This document shows, in pieces, positions 52,201-61,200 of a stretch of DNA of 64,000 nucleotides. Origin of the DNA: Macrostomum lignano (taxonomy: Eukaryota); the NCBI GenBank assembly GCA_002269645.1, contig NIVC01000099.1, forward strand, positions 826,853 through 890,852. Direction: 5' to 3'. The stretch's first letter is position 1. Every line of letters begins with the position of its first letter. The position numbers and the translations under genes are program-made. The notes beneath the pieces are model-generated. The model searched no databases, had not been told where the DNA came from, and saw only the letters and a program-made list of their open reading frames with translations.

Positions 52201-55200
52201 GTTGGGAGGGGAGGTCATCCTGACAGTTGGGAGGGGAGGTCATCCTGACAGTTGGGAGGGGAGGTCATCCCGAGAGTTGGGAGGGGAGGTCATCCTGACA
52301 GTTGGGAGGGGAGGTCATCCTGACAGTTGGGAGGGGAGGTCATCCTGACAGTTGGGAGGGGAGGTCATCCTGACAGTTGGGAGGGGAGGTCATCCCGAGA
52401 GTTGGGAGGGGAGGTCATCCTGACAGTTGGGAGGGGAGGTCATCCTGACAGTTGGGAGGGGAGGTCATCCTGACAGTTGGGAGGGGAGGTCATCCTGACA
52501 GTTGGGAGGGGAGGTCATCCTGACAGTTGGGAGGGGAGGTCAACCCGAGAGTTTGGAGGGGAGGTTATCCTGACAGTTGGGAGGGGAGGTTATCCTGACA
52601 GTTGGGAGGGGAGGTTATCCTGACAGTTGGGAGGGGAGGTCATCCTGACAGTTGGGAGGGGAGGTCATCCTGACAGTTGGGAGGGGAGGTCATCCTGACA
52701 GTTGGGCTATAGCTTGTGATGACTTTGCGCTAACTCACAGACTTTCACTCCATGTGCTAAGCGACTTACAAAGATGAGTATGAATAATTGAAATCAATAA
52801 TTTCGAACTCGCCAGCCTGCCAAGGCAGCGGCAGCAGGCAGTTCGGGCCATGCGTCCGGGGCTATCAGCAAGTGACGGTGACCCTCTACAGGCTGAGGGG
52901 CGGCCGGTGCTACAAGAGCCTGAAAACTTTTCAACGGCCTTGCCGACTTCAATCCGAGTACCGTGAGTGACTTTTGCAGTTTGCTTTTAAAATAAGGGAT
53001 TCAGGAAGTGACTCAGTAGCATTGAATGACCGAGATTCAGGAAGTGACTCAGTAGCATTGAATGACCGAGATTCAGGAAGTGACTCAGTAGCAGAGAGTG
53101 ACCGAGATTCAGGAAGTGACTCAGTAGCATTGAGTGACCGAGATTCAGGAATTGACTCAGCGGCAGAGAGTGACCGAGATTCAGGAAGTGACTCAGTGGC
53201 ATTGAGTGACCGAGATTCAGGAAGTGACTCAGTGGCAGAGAGTGACCGAGATTCAGGAAGGGACTCAGTAGCATTGAGTGACCGAGATTCAGGAAGTGAC
53301 TCAGTAGCATTGAGTGACCGAGATTCAGGAATTGACTCAGCGGCAGAGAGTGACCGAGATTCAGGAAGGGACTCAGTAGCATTGAGTGACCGAGATTCAG
53401 GAAGTGACTCAGTAGCAGAGAGTGACCGAGATTCAGGAAGTGACTCAGTAGCATTGAGTGACCGAGATTCAGGAATTGACTCAGCGGCAGAGAGTGACCG
53501 AGATTCAGGAAGTGACTCAGTGGCAGAGAGTGACCGAGATTCAGGAAGGGACTCAGTAGCATTGAGTGACCGAGATTCAGGAAGTGACTCAGTGGCAGAG
53601 AGTGACCGAGATTCAGGAAGGGACTCAGTAGCATTGAGTGACCGAGATTCAGGAAGTGACTCAGTAGCATTGAGTGACCGAGATTCAGGAAGTGACTCAG
53701 TAGCATTGAGTGACCGAGATTCAGGAAGTGACTCAGTAGCAGAGAGTGACCGAGATTCAGGAAGTGACTCAGTGTTAGAGAGTGACCGAGAGTTGGAGTC
53801 AGAGTCAGGTGCGCCATGCAAGCCGCATCCGTGACCCGCCCTGAGCAGAGTGCATCGGCAGCGCTCTGAGCGGCGGCCAGTTTCTCACCTACGACGGCCA
53901 GCTGATTGACTTTCCGGGGCCCTGCGAGTATCTGCTGAGCGAGAGGCAAGGCCACTTCCAGGTGCGAGTCCGGCACGCCATCAAATTCCCCAGCCTGCCG
54001 CAGCTCACCCAGCTTGACGCCATCGTCATCGTGATGGGCAACAGGAGCTACGAGCTCGCGAACAACCTCGTCTTTAAGGTTGGTTGGCTTCCTGAAACAG
54101 ACTAGTTATCACTATAGCGAGTTCGATAGACAGCTTTCTTTAATACTAATCCTATTCGAATCCTCTCTTCCCCAGCCGCACCCCCTTTGAGGTCCCGCAT
54201 CCCCACCCTGATAACCATTCAGACCCCACTTCCCCACCCTAATCCGCATTCAGGCCCCACTTCCCCAACTTGATCCCCATTCAGATCCCACTTCCCCACC
54301 CTAATCCGCTTTCAGATCCACTTCCTCACCCTGATCCCCATTCCGATCCCACTTCCCCACCCTAATCCGCATTCAGGCCCCACTTCCCCAACTTGATCCC
54401 CATTCAGATCCCACTTCCCCACCCTAATCCGCTTTCAGATCCACTTCCTCACCCTGATCCCCATTCCGATCCCACTTCCCCACCCTGATCCCCATTCAGA
54501 CTCCCCATCCAAAACTTGATCCCCTCTTAGAGCTTCATTCCTCAAACCATATCCATATACTAAAATTCACTTTCTAATCTCGATTCCCATGCCATTTTCA
54601 GACCCTCGAAGTCCCAATTCGACACTCCTAATCTCCAGCCAATCTTACCGAACTTACCGAAATCTTGCCGTGATCCCTTCCCCCGAGTAAATCAAAGCAC
54701 TGATTCGCATTCACTACAATCTCAAGAGATCCCCCGATCCCGTTGCCGCAGGTGGGCGCCGTGGCGCAGCCGCTGCCCTACTCGGACGCGGCCAGCGGAA
54801 TCGAAGCGATCTACAGCGACGACGCGCTGGTGTTTGCGGCCGGCGACCTGTACGTGCAGATGCGCGGCTCGGCCGCCACCATCAATGTGCGCTCCGGGGC
54901 CGGCGGCCTTCGCGGCATCCTGGGCAACTGCAACGGCAGCCCGGGTGATGACTTCACGAATAGCAGCGGCCAGGACGTGTCGCAGCAGTCAAATCCTAGC
55001 GCGGCTCTTGGGAACAGCTTCCGAGTGAGACCTGCTTGGGCTGGGGTCGGTGGGAGAGGGGAGAGGGGGGAGAGGTGGGTCTTGGTCGCGCGATGTCCTG
55101 AGCCTGAGAGTGGTTAAGAGTGTGCGCTGGCTGATAATGAAACAGTATCGTATCAGAATCATAAGCTTTCGGTCTAAACGTCACTATGTTTGCATTTTAT

Positions 55201-58200
55201 TTTTATGAGCTTTGAATAAACTGTGAATTCCGTTGGCTTCAATTTCTTTCTAACTTTCTCTCTCCAGTTGACGACCTGCTCAACAGCAGACTGCTGCTCG
55301 CTGCCGGACACAGCGCCAGCTTGCGGCACCAACGCCAGCATGGAGGCGGCTTCCGTGTCCAACTGCGGCCACCTGACGGCGGACGCCATGTCGCCCTTTG
55401 CTCACTGCGGCCAGACAGCCATGCAGCCGCTGTTCAGGGCCTGCATCTCGCTCTACTGCCGAGCCAAAGGTAATAGGCAACATTTTATTGATGTTTGTCT
55501 TAAGTATGAAAGTAGATTTTGTAGGAATCCGAGTTTGATAAGTTCGAACTGCGCTCGTAGTTTTTACTTTTCAAGGTATATTTAGAATTAAAAATACTTG
55601 AGGGCGCTTGGTTACCAGGCAATAAGGCGATATCACCAATCTTGATTAATTTCGCAGCTAACACAATGTGGCAACGCTCGCTTGTGTGCAGCACCCTCGA
55701 GGCTGCAGCCTTCCGTTGCTACTTGCAGCAGCAGAACGGCACCCAACGGAGCCGTTATCCGATATTCCGGTCGTCTAACTTCTGTCGTAAGCATCTTTTA
55801 GGACCAATACTCACATTTTTTTCATCCCAATTTTCAAGATCCCTGAAAGAAATCCGAATCTTTCGCAGCAAAATCCTGCGGTCACAATGCTGAATTCGTT
55901 GACGATGCTGACTTTTGCCCGAGGACCTGCGCGCGTCACTTCTTTAACAGCCAGTCGCTGGGCTGCGTGACGCCATTCGGCTTCAGATCAAGGAACGTGA
56001 ACGGCCAGTCGCCGCTGCCAGGCTGCCAGTGCAAGCCGGGCTTCGTGCTGGATGGAAGCAACTGCGTGCTACCCAATGAGTGCGAGTGCATCTCCAACCT
56101 GTGCATCGACCGGCAAAACCGGACAGTCTGCGAGGCGTGGAAGGCGCAGGGCTACTGCGACAAGTACCCGCTGCAGATGCGTCGCTACTGCAAGCTCACC
56201 TGCGACCAGTGCCAGGCGCCGTGCCAGGACCAGATCAGCAAGACGACATGCCAAACGATCAAGTCGCAGGGCAGGTGCAGCGACAGCTTCTACAAGCAGA
56301 TGTGCCAGCTGACTTGCAATCCGAGTGACTGCGGTAGGTTTCAAAACCAGGTTTAATCTTAATCACAGATCATAGAATCAGCTAGATTTTTTACTTGCAA
56401 AAGCAGAGCGTATCCTTTTTTCAGTAGTCTGTCTGTGCAGTGTCACTTAAATTTGAAGCTAAAATTACATTTCCTTCCTCGGGGTTTGCCGCTGCATGAG
56501 CAGGTGGGTAAAGAATGAGCAAGCAAGCGATGTACACAGGTGAACGCAAGACGGACGAAACTCAGCCTAGGGGCAGGCCCAATCTGGCTTAGCCAATGAG
56601 AGAGCAGTAAGGAGAGAGGTCAAAGTCAGACACAAGCCAAACTGTTTATGGGCCTGGCTGGAGGCTGGGGCGCCACCCCTTTTCTCTCTTGCTCGCCATG
56701 CACACGTCCGCCGAGCACGATTTGTGTTTTTACGTTTTCCTGTAATTTTTGGATTTGAGCTCATTCCTTTTTATTAAATAATTTAGAGCCGGAGGCAGTC
56801 TGGAGTCGTTACAGTAGAATGAGGATGCTGATATCTGCAGGCAGAAATTGTTTTCTTTCTGGGTCTGCTTGTAGAGACCCAGAGGCGATTGCTGCAGCTT
56901 CAAAAAAGTTTTAATAACTTCTAAAATTTAATAGATAGGAACTTAAATGTGAATATCTGGAATTCCACAATTCCAGAATGTCCGCCCTGCAAAACCGTCC
57001 GCGGCCCATGCGACTCGCAGAACAAAAACCGCCGGGTCGTCACGTACTGCTACGCGCCGGACAGCAATGGGCGCTGCCAGCGCAGCCAGTCCAGCAGCGT
57101 CTACGAACCCTGCGGCGACTGCCAGGAACAGCAGCAGCGGGTGGACACTCGGTCCTGCAACTACTGCACTCAGGAGCAGGTGACCAGGATTGTGCGGACA
57201 GTTCGCGAGACTACAGGCGAGATGCGCTGCATTGAGGTGAACACAAACATGACCACCAGGAGTCCCGGCTGCGAGTGCCAAACGAACACCAACAGGACTG
57301 TGTGCTACCGCAACTCTGAACTATACGTCATCAACACCGTATCAGCACCCTCCGCTGACTGCGCCACCTGCAACACCACAGTCACGGAGACCCGACTGCG
57401 CAACGTCACCTGCACAAAGGTTGTTAAGCGCGGTGAGTGCGACCAAGTTGTCACCAAGCGACGGCCAGTGACAGTGACGCGCGGAATTGTGCGCAACTGC
57501 CAATGCGACCTGATCACGGAGCAGTATGAGGAAATGTGCGTCTGCCCGAAGCCGCACTGGACGCCAACAATTTGCCATCGCAACCGCGCAAAACTGCGCT
57601 GGTTTGTAGCTTTCAGTCTCGTACATGGCCGCTGCGTGCCGATTGTGAAGCCGCACAAGCACCGCGTGCCGTGTCCAAGGCGGCATCACGTCAAGTACAA
57701 ATGCAAGAGCTGCAATCGATATAAGTTGCATTCCTGGTACGAGCGGCGTCATTGCCGTTGTATTCGAAAAAAGAAGACAGTTGAAGCTGGAAGATGCTGT
57801 GAGCCTTTTAGATTTCTTACTGCTACTCTCGTACTTACCTGCACTGTAATAAAACACTGTACTATGGCTTATTGTATCTTACTTTGGTTTAAATCTTTCT
57901 ATTTTGCAGGCTGCCCCAAACCGAAGAAGGTACGCGGCGAGTGCATAGGCCAGCATAGGCGCATTTTAATCACCCATTACACGCTGGACAACTACAAGTG
58001 CCAGGCAGACACTCGAGAGATTTCTGAGCGCTGCGGCTGTCCGCCATCAAGGCCGATTAAAGAGTGCGACGGTGAGACTGGCGTGATAACCGTAGGCAAA
58101 CTGGTCTTCAAGCTGGTCGATGGAACCTGCGAAGAGGTTCGACAAGTAAAGACAGAGCCTACAGGTGAGTGCAGTCTATCGTATCGTTTCGGGTTTTCTT

Positions 58201-61200
58201 TTCTAATGTAAATATGAGACGGCACTTTGGTTTCAGGGACATTCTAGATCAATCGTTTAAATTGATGAAAGTTGTTTTGAATGCAGCTTTGGATTAACAT
58301 AGGACCATTCTTTCATTACTAGCTTTCGAGCAGCAAATCAATAATCATCATCTCCATTACCTGAACTTAGTTTGCAAGAAGATGCGAGTGATTCGCCGAG
58401 GTCCGTGCCGCCTGTTGAAGGCGGACGACGTCGTCAAGTACCGGCGCGTGTACTACGAGCTGTGGAAGCGAATTCGTGGAGATTGCAAGTGTAAACACAT
58501 TAAGCGGTCAAAGCTGGTCGCCTGTGGCTGCCGCGAGCCTCAAGTGCGCGTGTCAAAGTGCCCGTCTGGCTGTCCCACCACCAGCCGCAGCTGTCCCGAA
58601 CATTGCTATCGGACACGAGCGGTGGTTGAATACCGCCTGGAAGATGGCAAATGCCATCCTGAGGAGAGAGACCAGCAGGATCTGCCCTGCTGCTGCGAGA
58701 AGCCGCGTAATAAGCCGCCGGTTTGCGAGAACGGCAAAATTTTGGCTATTCGAAAATATCACGTCCAGCTAGTGGCCAACGTGAGTTACCACAAAATCAG
58801 CTTCTTTTCGTTTTATATATTACAGATAGTGGCTATACAAGTTGGAAAACACCAGGAAGATTAGCAGCGAAGCTTTTCAGTGATTGCAAAGGCGCCCTGT
58901 ATTTCCTAATTAAAAACAGGCCTGCAAAATCAAGAAGCACGTCGTTCGCAAAGACGTTACTCGACACTGCGATCTCACTGACGTGCGCCGAATGCGTCAC
59001 GGAGACGTTATCATAGTGAAGCGGCGCGTTGTGCGCAACTGCCGCTGCATTTGGCGCGAGAGGCGAACCAGCTGCCCGGCTCGGTGCCCTCCGCCCTCCA
59101 AATTTGTCAGGTGCGACGGAGCCACAGGCGAACGGGTGCTCATCAAGCGATTTTACAAGATGCATTCCTGCCACTGCCTGCCAGTGAAGCGAATTCGCCG
59201 ACTGCCAGTTGACTGTCCGGAGCCGCGCATTGAGCGCCGGAATTTTTGCTTTAGAGAGAATCCAGCTGTCATAATCAGGCGCATTAACTTCTACGTGGAC
59301 GGCGAATGCCACTGCAGAAAGAAGGTCTCTGAGAAGAGATACCGGTGTGAAGGAGAGGGTAAGTTGCTTCGAATGCTATTCGGAGAAATGTCGCTTCAGC
59401 AGTAAAGAACTCTCGCTATAGAGTATGGCAGCTTTTTAACTCTGCTTTTCGGAAGAGCTCTACTTATGTTACTTACAGGATAAAAAACTAACAATATTTT
59501 ATACAAAAGATTTTAGCGGTTTTATCTGTCTTAAACTTTAGAGTCAATCTTAGCTAAATTCCAAGGCCTTTTTAATGTTTTTAAACATGGTATCTTTTAG
59601 TGTGTGATCAACGCCCGTCCGTTAGACTCCACTGCCACGCCAACCGCTTGTACAATGTCGTGACTCTATTCAAGCGAGACGAGGAGGGCCGCTGCGCACC
59701 CCATGAGTTCAAACACAGAGTTGAGACCCCGCCCTGCACAGGTCACGGCAAGAGGAAGAAGGTTAAGAAATGTGTCAACGGAAAGCTGATCCTGCTTATT
59801 AACTGGCTTGAAAGGCGACACTGCAAATGCCACACAAGATACAGGAAGAGCGTTATCGGATCCTGCAATAGCTGTAAGTAGAGAAATTGGGAACTGTAAA
59901 GTGTGAAAAAGCAAAATATTATATTAGGGTGCTTCATGATACTCTGGCATCATGATACTTTTGTTGTAAGTTTCGGTGTTGGATTTTGGAAATTCAATTT
60001 TCACTCAGTCGATATTTTGATAGTTTTAACCAGCTCTCTCTATTCTTTAATTGCAACAGACTGCGAGCACAGAAACCGCGGTAAGAGCCTTCGGACCCGA
60101 CGCCGCTGCAATAAGCACACAAACGAACTAGTTGTCTACCGCCTGAAGTGGAACTTTGACGGCGATCACTGCGTGCGCAGATGGGTCGCCACTAACAAGC
60201 GGGTGGAACCAGACTGTCCAGGACCTCGGCTTCGACGACTGCCCTGCGACCACGAAACTGGCAAGCAGCGCCTAGAGAAATTGGTGTATCATATGCGCAA
60301 CTGCAAATGCCGCGGTCCAAAGGTCAAGGTGTCTTACAGGAAGTGCACTTGCCGCGGTCCCAAGGTGCTCGGCCGGTACTGCGACCATCAGCATGGCTGC
60401 ATTGTTGTTCGAATGCTGATTCATAAATGGAACTTCGAGATGGATGCGTGTCACACTAGACTCGTACGAAAATCGATTCCAGTTCGTAAGTGCAGCTTGA
60501 TGCGAGTTTTATTGATTTTATAGTTGTGTTCAAATGATTATTTCTCAATTTTGAAATATGTATATTTAAAAACCTGCTACCTGCTTTTAAACCTGCTACT
60601 CTTTAGCATGCAAACATCACATCCATTCGAGCCACGGCGCCTGCATCCACGGTCATATGCAGTATCGTCGCATTCGTTATGTCCGCGACCGGCACAACTG
60701 CCGCTGTCGAAAAAAGATCGAAAAGAAACTAGTCAACTGCCGTAAGTTTAAAAACTACAAAGCATGTTTTTCACATTGTTTAAATAATGTTATTAGAGGC
60801 CTAAAACCATAAAAAATGAATAACTCTTCAGACTGCCCCGTTGTTATTCGTCGGAAAAAGTGCAACGATAGACGGAGTGTTGCAGTTACAAGAATTGTTT
60901 ACCGAAAGTTCAGTACAAAGAAGCGCCGCTGTGTTACTGTTAAGGTGAAGCGCCACCACCGAAAGTGTCGCTGCCCAAAGCCCAAGGAGGTGAAGAAGTG
61001 CGTCAACGGAAAGAGGCTTGTTAAAAGAGTCGGTTATCGATTGGTGGAGGGCGAATGCGAGAGAGACAAATCCTCGGAAACGTTCAGCATAGGTCAGTAT
61101 TTTTATTTTGACCTTCTGTCCTAATCTAAACAAAATAATAACAATCTTAACATAAATACTTCTAGTTTGCCGCAAGCCGCCGGTCGTTCGATCCACTAAA

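Noticed and set aside
52974-53834. Ser/Asp-rich (SDSVALSDRDSG)n ORF as an acidic exon of the giant protein
   Set aside because: It lies between a phase-matched donor (52963) and acceptor (53848). Retention hits TGA at once, and the nearby AG at 52979 would need a 17-nt intron and leads to TAA.
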